A stretch of 64,000 nt of DNA from a virus, in the IMG/VR virus record IMGVR_UViG_3300028840_002336, positions 6,145 to 70,144 of that record; one strand, 5' to 3'. This document shows positions 1 through 9,863 of this stretch, piece after piece (position 1 is the stretch's first letter; each line of letters begins with the position of its first letter). A model generated the notes under the pieces. That model worked only from the letters and a program-made list of their open reading frames with translations. It had not been told where the DNA came from and did not search any database. The position numbers were made by a program, and so were the translations under genes.

Positions 1-746
1 AGGCCGCGGTTGACGCTGTCCTCGATCACCTTGGTGAAGAGGATGGTGGCGCCAGTGTCCGGGTCTGATGCGCCCAGCACCGCCACCTCGAGCGCCCCTA
101 CCGTGCACCTGGCCAAAGATGCCACGTACGACTTGATGCGCGCGCGGAAGCTGTCGTCGCTCTCTTCATCGCGGCCATGCAGGGTAGCGGCGGGATTCGT
201 CACCTCGTCGATGTTCGTCACCTTGGTCACGAACTTCACGATGGTGTCAGCGGCGACTTTACCGTCCGCGCCTGGGCTCTCCGCCGCCACGCCGCTCTCG
301 ACGTCCCGGCCGACACCGTGGCCGGAGATGATCTCCGGGCTCGTACTGGTGAGCTGCGCCGCGGTGGTCGTGACGAAGATGATGCCTCCCGCGGTCTTCA
401 CCTTGGTGCCGGCTGGGATGTCGACCGTCTCGCCGCCGCCCAGGGCGGTGGCCTTCGAGAAGACCACGTTGCCAGTGGCCTTTGCTGCCTCGAGCCTGGT
501 GATCACTGCCGGCTGGATATCCGCGGCGCGCTCGTCCAGGGCCTCGCCTGTGGCGGTGTCGATGTTGAACTCGGTGAGGATCAGGCTGGCCGCGTAGTAC
601 AGCTCGGCATCAGACATCGCAGAGGCCGACAGGAGGTGCTTGACCATCGCGCTGTCGCCGACGTCGCTAAGCTGCGACTTGGCGACGACGCCGGCTATCA
701 TGTCGGCGAGGATCTGCTGGTGCGTGCGTATCTGAAAGCGTGCCAT
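1..746 (-). CDS. Baseplate J-like wedge protein (runs off the window's left edge)
   Basis: Manual translation from ATG 746 gives MARFQIRTHQQILADMIAG...FNIDTATGEALDERAA...AKATGNVVF...DIPAGTKV...GRDEESDDSFRARI. The 'A.G..LD' and 'G.D.ESD..R.RI' motifs are typical of baseplate J. It lies directly downstream of the gp25-like gene and is absent from the ORF track because it is truncated. Confidence 0.85.
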   Translation of the reverse strand, partial: MARFQIRTHQQILADMIAGVVAKSQLSDVGDSAMVKHLLSASAMSDAELYYAASLILTEFNIDTATGEALDERAADIQPAVITRLEAAKATGNVVFSKATALGGGETVDIPAGTKVKTAGGIIFVTTTAAQLTSTSPEIISGHGVGRDVESGVAAESPGADGKVAADTIVKFVTKVTNIDEVTNPAATLHGRDEESDDSFRARIKSYVASLARCTVGALEVAVLGASDPDTGATILFTKVIEDSVNRG

Positions 747-754
747 CGTCTCTC

Positions 755-2734
755 CTACGTCACCGGCAGGATCACGTTCGTGGCGTCAGCCATCCCGCGA
801 GGCTCGACCTCAGCGTCAGCGATGACCCGGTCTGGTGAGCCTGTCTCCGGAGGTTCGAAGGTGACCTTGCGCACGTTGGCCACGCGAGCGTCGGCAGCGA
901 TCGACTCCGAGAGCCGGAAGCGAGCCATCTCCACATCGACCGGCGTGAGGCTGGTCCCCACGATGCGCTGCAATCCGAGCTGCTTGTAGAGTTGGTCGGT
1001 GCCGCGCTCGGTGTGCACACGAACGGTGAGCCCCTGGGCTAGGTTGTCGAGGCCCTCAGCCGGCGCCACATCGGTGGACCCGCCCTCGGTGTCGATGGCG
1101 ACGTCGTAGAACCCGTGGTTGTCGCGCTCGAGCTTCGTATCGACGCCGAAGAGGTGCTCGTCGGCCGGAGCCGTCTGCGGCACCCCCAGCACCGGGAGGT
1201 CGACCTCTGCGGTGATGGGCTGAGAGAAGTTGGGGATCAAGATCTTGCGCCCCACGCCAAGCACATTGTTGAGCGCGGTCTCGTCGCTGGGGTCGAGGCT
1301 GGCGGAGGCTTGCTCATTCACAAAGGGCGGGCGCAGGCCGTTGACCAGCGCGATCTCCTGCCACAGCCGCGCGTCGCCAAGGAAGGCAGCCGCCAAGCTC
1401 GCCAGGGTGTCGCCCTGGGCGACCGAATACTGCCTGGCGCCGGTGTACTGCGGGCGCGCATCGTAGGGCAGCAGCTCGCCTTCCGCCGACTCTACTTGGC
1501 CAGCGGTGTAGCCGGTGCCGGTGTCGAGGTCCGACATCGTCGAAGGCGGTGTGGCCGACTCCGCGGCTTCCTCTTCTGCATCCGACAGGCCCGACACGTT
1601 GGAGCTGTTGCGCGCCCCGCGCACCTGTTTCTGCGCGTCGGTCTCGAAGGCCGCCGACTGCGACCCGATGCGCTCGAGTCCCTTCTGGAGCGTGTAGAAC
1701 CGCACCAGAGTCTGGACGGTGAGCTTGATGTAGGGCTTCGCCACCTCGTCGGCCGCGGCCTCTGCATTGGCCGCCACCCGAAGCGCGTTGTCGATCATGG
1801 CGGTGGTGTTCGTCACCAGCGTCAGCGGCGAGAGAATGAGGTCGGTGACGCCCTCAACGTACGCGTCTGCCGCGTCGATGATGCTGTTCGCGTTCGTGAT
1901 GATGACGTTGAAATTCTGCACCAGGCCCTCGAGCTGGCCAGTGAGTAGCGTGAGATCTTGCACGGCCCCGCGTGCGACCTTGAGCCCGGTACTGATAGCG
2001 CTGGCGGCATCACGCAGCCCGTCGAGCACCGTCTTGTCCTCGGAGACGACCAGGCGCGACGCGTCCGCTTTGTCAACAACGAGCAGTTCAATGCTGTAGT
2101 CGTACAGGTTGTTCCGCCCGCGGCTGCGCTCGAGCGTGAACTCCATGGGCACGACGAGCCAGTGCTCGCCCTCGCGCGGGATGTGGAAGCGGAGGAAGGT
2201 CTCGCCGGCCGTCGCCGGGTCCCGTTTGAGGTCGCCATAAGTCCGGAAAACTGCGTCCTGTAGGTACTGGAAATGGCGCTGGCCGGAGATCTTCTCGATG
2301 ACCGCGGCCGGCAGCGACCGCGCGTAGCTCTTGCGCACGTCGGTGACGCCCAGGGCGGACCCGCTGGACGCGATCAGCGGCCGCGGCTTGAAGCCGGTGG
2401 TCCCCTGGATGCGCAGGCTGCGCTGGATGATCCCGTTCTCTTCGACGTAGAGCCCGCCGCCCAGGGTGGGCGTGGTCTCGACGGTGAAGGGCTCAGAGAG
2501 CGTGTAGGACGTGGGATTGATGACCAGAGGGAAGAGGAAGGTCCGGGTGCCTGTCGTGAAGCCGCCGGCCGCCACCGATGCCGGGACCTCCAGCTCGAAG
2601 AAGTAGAGCATCTTCTTCAAGAACTTGTCGTCGCCGGTGCGGAGCTGGCGGTTGTATTCGGAGATCAGCTGGGCCGTCTGCGTAGGCTCCGCAAACGCCG
2701 CTATCTCGTCGCCAACCCGGTCCAGTATGGCCAC
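755..2734 (-). CDS. Baseplate protein with LysM domain and C-terminal gp25/GPW-like wedge domain
   Basis: LysM-like YSVAQGDTLASLAAAFLGDARLWQEIALVNGL; C-terminal GLDNLAQGL..R..TERG...IAADARVANV is gp25-like; N-terminal LVINPTSYTLSEP resembles tube-initiator proteins. Confidence 0.7.
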   Translation of the reverse strand: MAILDRVGDEIAAFAEPTQTAQLISEYNRQLRTGDDKFLKKMLYFFELEVPASVAAGGFTTGTRTFLFPLVINPTSYTLSEPFTVETTPTLGGGLYVEENGIIQRSLRIQGTTGFKPRPLIASSGSALGVTDVRKSYARSLPAAVIEKISGQRHFQYLQDAVFRTYGDLKRDPATAGETFLRFHIPREGEHWLVVPMEFTLERSRGRNNLYDYSIELLVVDKADASRLVVSEDKTVLDGLRDAASAISTGLKVARGAVQDLTLLTGQLEGLVQNFNVIITNANSIIDAADAYVEGVTDLILSPLTLVTNTTAMIDNALRVAANAEAAADEVAKPYIKLTVQTLVRFYTLQKGLERIGSQSAAFETDAQKQVRGARNSSNVSGLSDAEEEAAESATPPSTMSDLDTGTGYTAGQVESAEGELLPYDARPQYTGARQYSVAQGDTLASLAAAFLGDARLWQEIALVNGLRPPFVNEQASASLDPSDETALNNVLGVGRKILIPNFSQPITAEVDLPVLGVPQTAPADEHLFGVDTKLERDNHGFYDVAIDTEGGSTDVAPAEGLDNLAQGLTVRVHTERGTDQLYKQLGLQRIVGTSLTPVDVEMARFRLSESIAADARVANVRKVTFEPPETGSPDRVIADAEVEPRGMADATNVILPVT

Positions 2735-2771
2735 AGCTCACCCCTCGCTGGTCTCGAGCCACGGTACACGA

Positions 2772-2808
2772 TTTCCAGGGTTATTGCATACCGCCAATAG
2801 TCTGGAAA
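2772..2808. promoter_or_regulatory. AT-rich intergenic segment bracketed by inverted copies of the TTTCCAG motif; possible promoter/operator
   Basis: TTTCCAG (2772-2778) and CTGGAAA (2802-2808) flank ggttattgcataccgccaatagt in the gap upstream of the 659-aa gene. Confidence 0.4.
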
Positions 2809-2811
2809 CTC

Positions 2812-3408
2812 TCAAGCGAAGGGCGTGTTGACCGGCCCAGGGTACACGATGAAGCCGCCCAGACTGGCCGAGAAGACCGGAGCCGCCAGCGTCGAAGTCG
2901 CCGCCAGCGCGATGGACCGGTCCCAGGGGATCTCCACAGGAGCCGGCGGAGCTGTCGCTGGCCCCAGCGCCAAGGTGGCCGCGCCCGCAGCGATGAACGC
3001 CCCGGGTAGCGCCGGCAGCGTCACCGGGGGTGTCGCAGAGACCGCCCCTGGAAACAGGGTCGCAGCTCCGGCCGAGACTGCGGCCCAGAACGCCGTGATG
3101 CCGGCCGTAAGCGCCGCCGGCGCCGTACCTGGCCCGGTGAGCCCGGCGTCCATGGCAGCGACCAGGGCCGTCTCGCAGCCGTCCAGAATCGGCCCAGGCA
3201 CCGGCGGGCTCGGACCCCCGCCCTCGGCGAACATGGCGGCGTAGGCGTAGCCCCAGGCTTGCCCGACAGTGTAGAGCGGCGCCGACGGCGGATCGCCCGG
3301 CCAACCCGCGCCAGCTCCAATCCCGGGCGGGAGGTCGGTCGGGTCATTAGTCGCCGGCACCATGAAGTCGGCCATCTTGGTCGCCATGGTGGCTGCGGAC
3401 ATCGCCAT
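2812..3408 (-). CDS. Hypothetical Pro/Gly/Ala-rich baseplate-region protein
   Basis: Fits tightly in the minus-strand operon between the spike and LysM genes. Confidence 0.6.
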   Translation of the reverse strand: MAMSAATMATKMADFMVPATNDPTDLPPGIGAGAGWPGDPPSAPLYTVGQAWGYAYAAMFAEGGGPSPPVPGPILDGCETALVAAMDAGLTGPGTAPAALTAGITAFWAAVSAGAATLFPGAVSATPPVTLPALPGAFIAAGAATLALGPATAPPAPVEIPWDRSIALAATSTLAAPVFSASLGGFIVYPGPVNTPFA

Positions 3409-3411
3409 GGC

Positions 3412-4464
3412 TCACCCGTCGGGGAAGATGACCTTGGTGCTCTTCACGTTGGTCGCCAGGTCAGGCGCCCCGATGATGGGCACCGGTGGACCCGTGGGGC
3501 CCATTGCCGAAGCGTGCGTGTGCGCGTCGAATGCTGTGAGCAGCGGCTTGATCGTACCGTTCCACCACGTCTCGAGGTGCTCGAAGACGGCCGCGTGCTT
3601 CGCGGTGCCGCCGCCGTCACCCACCGTCAACGTCGCGTCGCCGTCCCCGCCCTCGACCTTCATCGCCGCCTTGACCCCGTCGAGCAGCACCTCGTAGAGG
3701 TTCTCCCAGAGCCTGGCCGCAGCGAACGTCGCTGGTGAGGCCCCGCTCATGTCGTACAGCTCGTCGGAGATCTCTGCCGCTTGCTGCGCCCGCCGGTACT
3801 GCGAGCCCTTCCCGTCAGTCGGTGGGCCTGGCTCAGTGCCGTCGGGGTTGAGAGTGCCGTCGTTCGCGCGCGTGGTATCGACGACGTGGTCGCCGTTGTC
3901 AGCAATGCCGTAGTAGCTGCCGTGGTGGCGGAAGAAGTCGGGGTCACCGTCGGCGAGCTTGAGCCGCTTCCGGTGACCGATGTCATTGTCGCCGTTGCCC
4001 ACGTCGACGGACGGATGCGACACGCCCCCGAGAATGATCGGAAAGTTGAGGTTGTTATCGACGAAGCCGATCAACACGTGGTCGCCATCCCAGTTGGCCG
4101 GGTTGCTGCTCTTGTCGAAGTCAGGCGTGGAGCCCTCTGCAACGTCCACCGTCGTCGCGCGCGGCTTCCACACTCGCCCGCTGTGCATCCCGCCACGGTC
4201 TTGAAGCACCGGCACGGCAGGCAATTTGATGAAGCGCAGATTGGCGAGCGTGGAGTAGGCGAGCACGTCGCAGAACACGCCGAGCTGGGCACGGTCTTCC
4301 CGCCAGTTGGGCGCTCCATCCTCGTCGGTGGTGTAGGTAGCTGTCACCACCCCCCGGAGGTGCAGGCCCATCGCTGACGGCGCTGCGTCGCTTGGCGTCG
4401 TCGTAGGAATGCCCGCCTGCATCACCGACCGGCCAACGGGCCTCGTCGTGTACCTCATTGTCAT
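3412..4464 (-). CDS. Baseplate central spike (gpV/gp45-like)
   Basis: N-terminal OB-like region (GDHVLIGFVDNNLNFPIILG) and C-terminal apex motif FDAHTHASAMGPTGPP (HxH); follows the hub gene. Confidence 0.7.
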   Translation of the reverse strand: MTMRYTTRPVGRSVMQAGIPTTTPSDAAPSAMGLHLRGVVTATYTTDEDGAPNWREDRAQLGVFCDVLAYSTLANLRFIKLPAVPVLQDRGGMHSGRVWKPRATTVDVAEGSTPDFDKSSNPANWDGDHVLIGFVDNNLNFPIILGGVSHPSVDVGNGDNDIGHRKRLKLADGDPDFFRHHGSYYGIADNGDHVVDTTRANDGTLNPDGTEPGPPTDGKGSQYRRAQQAAEISDELYDMSGASPATFAAARLWENLYEVLLDGVKAAMKVEGGDGDATLTVGDGGGTAKHAAVFEHLETWWNGTIKPLLTAFDAHTHASAMGPTGPPVPIIGAPDLATNVKSTKVIFPDG

Positions 4465-4473
4465 GGCTTCTCC

Positions 4474-6003
4474 CTACGCAAAGCCCACCGTTGCTACGGC
4501 CTGGTGCGGGGTGGCGAAGAGCGGGGTCCGGTACTTGTCGGCCAGGTCACGCACAGTCTGGACGTAGTCGGTCATCGTGCCCCGCCAGCCCCTCGTCACA
4601 AGCATATTCGTCCGCAACCCAACACCCATCGTCCAGGCGTTAGTCACCTCCTCGACGTAGTACATCTCGTCGAGGAATCTGGTCGCGCCCGGGATCAACA
4701 CCCGCGTGCCTGCGCGGATGTCCGGTCGGCCCACGCCCAGGGTGATGGTCCCATTGAACAGGTACGGGTTGATCGCGTACCAGTCACGGAGCTTCTGCCG
4801 GAGGAAGGGCGCCAGCGTTAATGCCGTCGATGAGCCGTCGGGCGCCTCGTACCGCGACTCCACATCGAAGCGACGCAGCCCATGGATCAGGATATCCTCT
4901 TCGTCCCAGAGTGGCGTGGCGAGGTCCATGATGCCAGTAGCCACTGCTTCCTGAGTCGTCTGGGGGCCGACGAAGAAGGCGTTGTAGCGCTCGTGCCCGC
5001 CGCGACCGACGTCCTTGCGGTCGACGTCCTGCTTCGCGACGGTGTGCAGCGGCAGGTCAAACCACGGCGAGTCAAGTCCGAGCGGCGCTTCGACGAAGGG
5101 CTTGCCTCGAAGGATGTACCCCATCTTCGTGTCGGCCGGGCCGTACCCCTCGCTAATCAGTCGCGAGCTGTTCTGGCTGATCAACTCGGAACCAAGCGCA
5201 GCGTCGTCGAGATATGTGTCGGCGAACAACTCGGTGAAGAGCGGGTCCGACCACTCTTTGGCCAGGTCCCATGCTGTGCCCTGGGGGGCCATGAAGTTGG
5301 TGCTCAGCGACAGTCGCCTCGGGTCGTTCACGTTGGGATTGACGAAGGGCGCCATGGCGGAGAGAAAGGATTGGCCGCCGAAGTTGGGCACCGTCTTCGG
5401 AATCAGCCAGTTGGCGCGGCCGTAGTCGCCCAGTGGTTCCAGCCATTCACGAAGGAAGCGCTGCACGGTCTCTTCGACGGAGTAGCCGCCGATGTTGTCC
5501 GCGCTCAACACCTGATAGGCCACGCCGCCGGCCACATTCTCGAGAGTGAAGCGGTTGAACCAGATCGGTGTGAGCTTCCATATCTTGGTGATGTCGCGGC
5601 CGGTCACCGTATAAATCACCGTCGTCGCGCCGCGAGAACCCACGCTCGAAGCCTCACGTATCTCGTCGACAATCCCCCGCATGGTATGCCATTGGCGGCC
5701 GTGGCGCTTGAAAGTGATGTCGACCCAGTCGTCGTCGACAATGCGGTCAAGTAGCTTGTCACCGCCGCCCTCGAAGAGGTTGAACGAGAAGGTGCCCGGC
5801 TCACCGCCGACACCTTTCGTCGTCGTCACCGCCGTAAGGCACGACTGCTCGTCGGTGATGAAGCGCCCCGTTGCCTGAGTTCGGCCGATACTCTTGAACA
5901 GCACCGGATCGTCTTCGCGGTGGTAGATGACCACCTCTGCCGACGAGGTCTCACTCCCTTGGAAACCGGGGCGCCCAGGATTCTGTAGGTTCGTGCGGCT
6001 CAT
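4474..6003 (-). CDS. Baseplate hub / tail protein
   Basis: Lies between tape measure and spike; motifs YTVTGRD, GTITLGVGRPDIRAGTRV and YYVEEVTNAW are typical of hub proteins. Confidence 0.65.
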   Translation of the reverse strand: MSRTNLQNPGRPGFQGSETSSAEVVIYHREDDPVLFKSIGRTQATGRFITDEQSCLTAVTTTKGVGGEPGTFSFNLFEGGGDKLLDRIVDDDWVDITFKRHGRQWHTMRGIVDEIREASSVGSRGATTVIYTVTGRDITKIWKLTPIWFNRFTLENVAGGVAYQVLSADNIGGYSVEETVQRFLREWLEPLGDYGRANWLIPKTVPNFGGQSFLSAMAPFVNPNVNDPRRLSLSTNFMAPQGTAWDLAKEWSDPLFTELFADTYLDDAALGSELISQNSSRLISEGYGPADTKMGYILRGKPFVEAPLGLDSPWFDLPLHTVAKQDVDRKDVGRGGHERYNAFFVGPQTTQEAVATGIMDLATPLWDEEDILIHGLRRFDVESRYEAPDGSSTALTLAPFLRQKLRDWYAINPYLFNGTITLGVGRPDIRAGTRVLIPGATRFLDEMYYVEEVTNAWTMGVGLRTNMLVTRGWRGTMTDYVQTVRDLADKYRTPLFATPHQAVATVGFA

Positions 6004-8420
6004 TGGCCACCCGACGCCGGCGTGTTAGGCACCTTGTAGCCTATCTTCGTGAAGAAGTCGGCCATCACTGCCGTCGTGCCCTCGAGGTGAGAGACGAACA
6101 TGGGGAAGGTGCGCGATGATTTCTCCATGAGCTTGGAGAAGGACGCGAGCGGTTTGTCGACGAGATCGGTGAACGCGCGGTTCGTATTGAGCGTGGTCTG
6201 CTCGAGTGTCTGCACCGTGCTAGCCAGACGGCTACCCAGGTCGAGCTGCTGGTTGAGGATACCCGCCTGGCGCTTCATGTTCGGCGCCAGGGTAGTCACG
6301 ATGGTCTTGACGTCGGAGACGAGCTTGTCCGGGGTGATCTTGGCCGCCTCTCCGCGTGCAGCCGGGTCCGCCTGGAGGCGCATCAGTTCCTGCCGCTCTT
6401 CGTCGGTCAAGGTGCCACGGTGCCGTTTGTACATGAGCCGCGCCTCTTTGCGCCCGACCGGCATCCCCGCACGACCCATCGCCCGGTGCAACACCGCCAT
6501 CCCCTGGTGCGGAGACCCCGCCCCCCTCGTCACCAGACGCACGAACTCGTTAAGCCGCGAGCTGCGCTGCTCACCGGTGAGCCCCTCGAGCCCCTCGAGG
6601 TTCTCCATGGCAGTCCACCACTCCCGCATCCCGCCGCCGCGGAAGCCGCCGAAAGCGCGCATCATGGCGATGTCGACACCCGACTGCGGCCCGCCCCCGG
6701 AGATGCGCTGGGCGGCCGTCACCGCGCCCCTGGCGACCATCACACCGCGCAGCACCCCGAGCCCCATCGACGAGGCTTCCTTGCCGATCTCAGCGATCGA
6801 CGTCGGATTGAGCGGCATACCAGTCTGGCGCCACTGCATGAAGCCCTGCGCCATGGTCTGCAAGTAGTCATTCACCTCGGAGCCCTTGAGCCCCAGGGCG
6901 GTGGCCTCGGCCAGCGTCTTGGCGAGGGCCTCGCCGCCGGCGCCGGGCGCGCCCACCTGCATTCCGACCATACCTCCGCGCCGCTGTGCGCCCAGGAAGG
7001 CGCCGATGGTCTGCTCCTGCACCCCGAAGCGTGTCCTGGCCGCCATGCCCACGTCGAGCAGCCCGGCTCCGCGCAGCTCGGAAAGCGTCCCGCCGCCGGC
7101 CTGGACGATGGAGCCGGCGACCTGTAACGCCTCTTGCTCGCTGACGCCCATGAGATCTTTGCCGTAGCGACGGATGTCCCCCAGGATCGCCCGCTGCCCG
7201 GCCTGACGCTGCTTGTTCCGCGCCCTGCGCGCGGCGTTGCGCTGCTCGGCCTTCCGGCGCTCGAAGTTGGCCGTCGTCTCGACGCCGGCCGCGAAGTCGG
7301 CGTCCAACTCAGCCTGGCGCTCTGCGAGCAGCTCTCGTCGAGCAGCCGTGCGCGGCTCGCCCGCGCGCGTCTGGTCGTACTTCATCTTCTGTTCGCGGGT
7401 GTGCCGCTCGTAGTGGTTCTCGCTCTTCCGACGGCGCTCGACGTCGCGTAGGTTCTGGCGCCGGTCTTCAAGGATCTGCGCCTCGCGCTTGTTGATCGCC
7501 TCGGTCGAGATGTCCCCCAAGCTCGCCTGGGGGCCGGTGCCTCGCGCGGCCGCACGCACGCGGTCGCTCGCGGCCTGGGTGTTTTCCAGCCTTTCCAGGC
7601 CCCCAGTACCCATGACGTCGTAGAGCTGCGGGGCCAGGCCCAGGCGCTGCCGTTGGAGCTGGATCGCGCCCTGGGCGAAGCCTGCGACGGTCTGGAGCTG
7701 CCCGGCGAGGGCCCCGCCTATCATCGGGATGCCGGCCAGTCCCTGGGCCACGCCACCGACACCCTGGAACAGCGACATGCCCACGCCGGTGGCTCCCGCA
7801 CGCCCGAGCTGCGCGCCGAAGCCGAATGGTGCACGAGCGCCGCGCCCGACAGCCACACCGGCCGCCTGGCGGACAGCCCCCGGGCCGCGCTGGAGAAAGG
7901 TCGCCCCGGGCACCGCGCCCTGGAGGAAGCCCTGGAGGAAGGCGCCGCGCGCGGCCTCCGCCTCCTGCTTCATCTGGCGGACGGCCTCCGCCTCCTTCTT
8001 GAAGGCGCGCTCTGCCGTCGACGCCTCGCGCGCCAGACGTCCGTGCTCCCGGTTCAAGTCCTTGAGGGTGCCCTCGAGCAGCTTGTAGTGCTTGGTCCCC
8101 TCGGGGACGCCTTCCATGGCTTTGACGACGCGGTACTGGTCCTGGGCGACATCCTGCATTTCCTTGCGCAGGCCGTCGAGAGCCTTTCCGAACTCCTTGA
8201 CGTCGTCGGTGTAGCGCTTCGAGAAGAAGACCGAGCCCGAGATCTTCTGCCCCAGGCGTACGAAGCCGGAGGCCTTCTTCTCGACCTCAGCGTAGCCACG
8301 GGCTTGCTGTTGCAGCACCGCGGTCGTGTCGCGACCCGCCTGGTTGATAGTTCGGGTGACCTCGGAGAAGCCCTTGACCGAACCCTGGACGATTAGATTG
8401 GTTGTGTAGTCACGCGGCAT
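6000..8420 (-). CDS. Tape measure protein
   Basis: ~800 aa, helical/coiled-coil and Gly/Ala-rich, after the tail chaperones. ATG 8420 is preceded by GAGG; 8432 is an alternative start. Confidence 0.75.
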   Translation of the reverse strand: MPRDYTTNLIVQGSVKGFSEVTRTINQAGRDTTAVLQQQARGYAEVEKKASGFVRLGQKISGSVFFSKRYTDDVKEFGKALDGLRKEMQDVAQDQYRVVKAMEGVPEGTKHYKLLEGTLKDLNREHGRLAREASTAERAFKKEAEAVRQMKQEAEAARGAFLQGFLQGAVPGATFLQRGPGAVRQAAGVAVGRGARAPFGFGAQLGRAGATGVGMSLFQGVGGVAQGLAGIPMIGGALAGQLQTVAGFAQGAIQLQRQRLGLAPQLYDVMGTGGLERLENTQAASDRVRAAARGTGPQASLGDISTEAINKREAQILEDRRQNLRDVERRRKSENHYERHTREQKMKYDQTRAGEPRTAARRELLAERQAELDADFAAGVETTANFERRKAEQRNAARRARNKQRQAGQRAILGDIRRYGKDLMGVSEQEALQVAGSIVQAGGGTLSELRGAGLLDVGMAARTRFGVQEQTIGAFLGAQRRGGMVGMQVGAPGAGGEALAKTLAEATALGLKGSEVNDYLQTMAQGFMQWRQTGMPLNPTSIAEIGKEASSMGLGVLRGVMVARGAVTAAQRISGGGPQSGVDIAMMRAFGGFRGGGMREWWTAMENLEGLEGLTGEQRSSRLNEFVRLVTRGAGSPHQGMAVLHRAMGRAGMPVGRKEARLMYKRHRGTLTDEERQELMRLQADPAARGEAAKITPDKLVSDVKTIVTTLAPNMKRQAGILNQQLDLGSRLASTVQTLEQTTLNTNRAFTDLVDKPLASFSKLMEKSSRTFPMFVSHLEGTTAVMADFFTKIGYKVPNTPASGGQ

Positions 8421-8757
8421 CGACGCCCTCATTGAAGTCGGGAATGATCCCCATCTCTAGCTCGCGCTCCCACTTGTCGGCCAGCGCGTCCTCTGCTTCG
8501 CCTTCCCCTTCAATGGCGCGGTTGAGGTCCATCAGCTGCTTCAACAGCTCCGCCTGGTCCCCGCACCCGTGCTCGAGGTCGTCCTCGATCTCCTCCCGGC
8601 GCTGGTACATGTCCTCCCACATCTCCTGTAGCAGGTCGGCCTGGGAGCGGTTGACGAACAGCTCGTGGTTCGGCGGTAGCTTGTACTTCTTCGACCACCA
8701 CCTCGCCAGGTGCGTCACGCCTTCCTCGACGTTAACCCTCGCCAGTTCCTTCCGCAC
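8410..8757 (-). CDS. Tail assembly chaperone, downstream (T-like) part; probable frameshift extension
   Basis: Overlaps the 3' end of 8732..9244 in the +1 frame and precedes the tape measure gene; contains RWWSKKYKLPPNHELF. Confidence 0.6.
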   Translation of the reverse strand: MRKELARVNVEEGVTHLARWWSKKYKLPPNHELFVNRSQADLLQEMWEDMYQRREEIEDDLEHGCGDQAELLKQLMDLNRAIEGEGEAEDALADKWERELEMGIIPDFNEGVDAA

Positions 8758-9244
8758 GCCCCCATCCGAGAAACGTCGCCTCGTGAGAGAGCACCTCCTT
8801 GTACAGCTCCTGCAAGATCGCAGGGTCGTTCAAGTCGCGCAGTTCATTCGCCCACACCGGCCTCTTCACGAGGGAGAAGGCCATGTGCGAGACCATGAGA
8901 TTCAGCTCGTCGGTCATCGGGTCCAGACTCTCCGGCGGTAGTGCGCCGTTGAGCCGGGCTCGCATGACGCCAGCCATCTGGCGCTCCCTGATGCTGAGGA
9001 TCTTGTTGACGAAGTCGCCGACGTGCCGCCCGCCCCTGGCGTCGGTGAAGTCCATGGTGAAGGCGTATTCCTCTTTGAGCTTCGGATCGTTGAGGTCGGG
9101 TTTCTCCGGGTCGGGCGGCGGTGGGTCCACGGCCTTCTCGACCTCCGCCTTGAGGTCTTCGGTCTTCTCTGGCACCGGCGCATCGCGCAGGTGCCTGGGC
9201 TCGAAACGGTCGACCAGTTCGTCAGGTGATGGTGTCGATGACAT
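8732..9244 (-). CDS. Tail assembly chaperone (G-like)
   Basis: Canonical position between tail tube and tape measure; 170 aa. Confidence 0.65.
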   Translation of the reverse strand: MSSTPSPDELVDRFEPRHLRDAPVPEKTEDLKAEVEKAVDPPPPDPEKPDLNDPKLKEEYAFTMDFTDARGGRHVGDFVNKILSIRERQMAGVMRARLNGALPPESLDPMTDELNLMVSHMAFSLVKRPVWANELRDLNDPAILQELYKEVLSHEATFLGWGRAEGTGEG

Positions 9245-9391
9245 TGCGTCTCCCCGTGTTGTTCACGAGAAGATCATGCCAGCCCAGAGCTAGGGAAGCC
9301 AGAGATGAAAGCGGGGCCCCGTCAGCCGGGGGAGACGCCTCGGGGGCCCCTGGAAAGAACGAGACCCCTACGCCAGAAGGGGACCGACCGA

Positions 9392-9844
9392 CTACGAGAT
9401 CTCGCTCTCGTCCTTGAGCCTGATGGCGTTGAAAGTCACATCCTTGCCCACGACGCCTCGCGCGTCGACGCTGTAGTTCTGCGATGCGACCTTGACCTGC
9501 TCGAGGGTAGCCACCACGTTGCCGGTCTTACTGTCCTCGATCGTCGCTTGCAGCTCGCCGCTGGTGAGGATGTTCGTGAGGTGCTCTTCCGTGCTCTGCC
9601 CCAGGCTGGGGAACCAGCCCTTCGACTTGAACGTCTCGCCCACGATGCGGAACAGCGACGCCGTGAAGGTGACGCGGTACGCGATCGGGACGTGCTCGGA
9701 CACCTCGATGTTGTCCAGCTCTTCAATGGGCTGATACTCGATCTCCTCACCGACGGTGACGTTGCGAGCGAAGCCCACCTTCTCGCTGTTGATCGAGAAG
9801 CGCGCCCGCGCGCCAGTGAAGACTCTACCTTTCTGTCCTGCCAC
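9392..9844 (-). CDS. Tail tube protein
   Basis: 150 aa directly after the sheath; VFTGARARFSINSEKVGFARNVTVGEEIEYQPIEELDNIEVSEHVP resembles SPO1/Twort-like tube proteins. Confidence 0.8.
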   Translation of the reverse strand: MAGQKGRVFTGARARFSINSEKVGFARNVTVGEEIEYQPIEELDNIEVSEHVPIAYRVTFTASLFRIVGETFKSKGWFPSLGQSTEEHLTNILTSGELQATIEDSKTGNVVATLEQVKVASQNYSVDARGVVGKDVTFNAIRLKDESEIS

Positions 9845-9863
9845 GGTGGCCTCCCTTCACCCG

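Noticed and set aside
9305-9356. GGGGCCCC pair after the tail tube gene as a separate ncRNA
   Set aside because: Short and imperfect; adequately explained as a terminator-like hairpin after sheath/tube.
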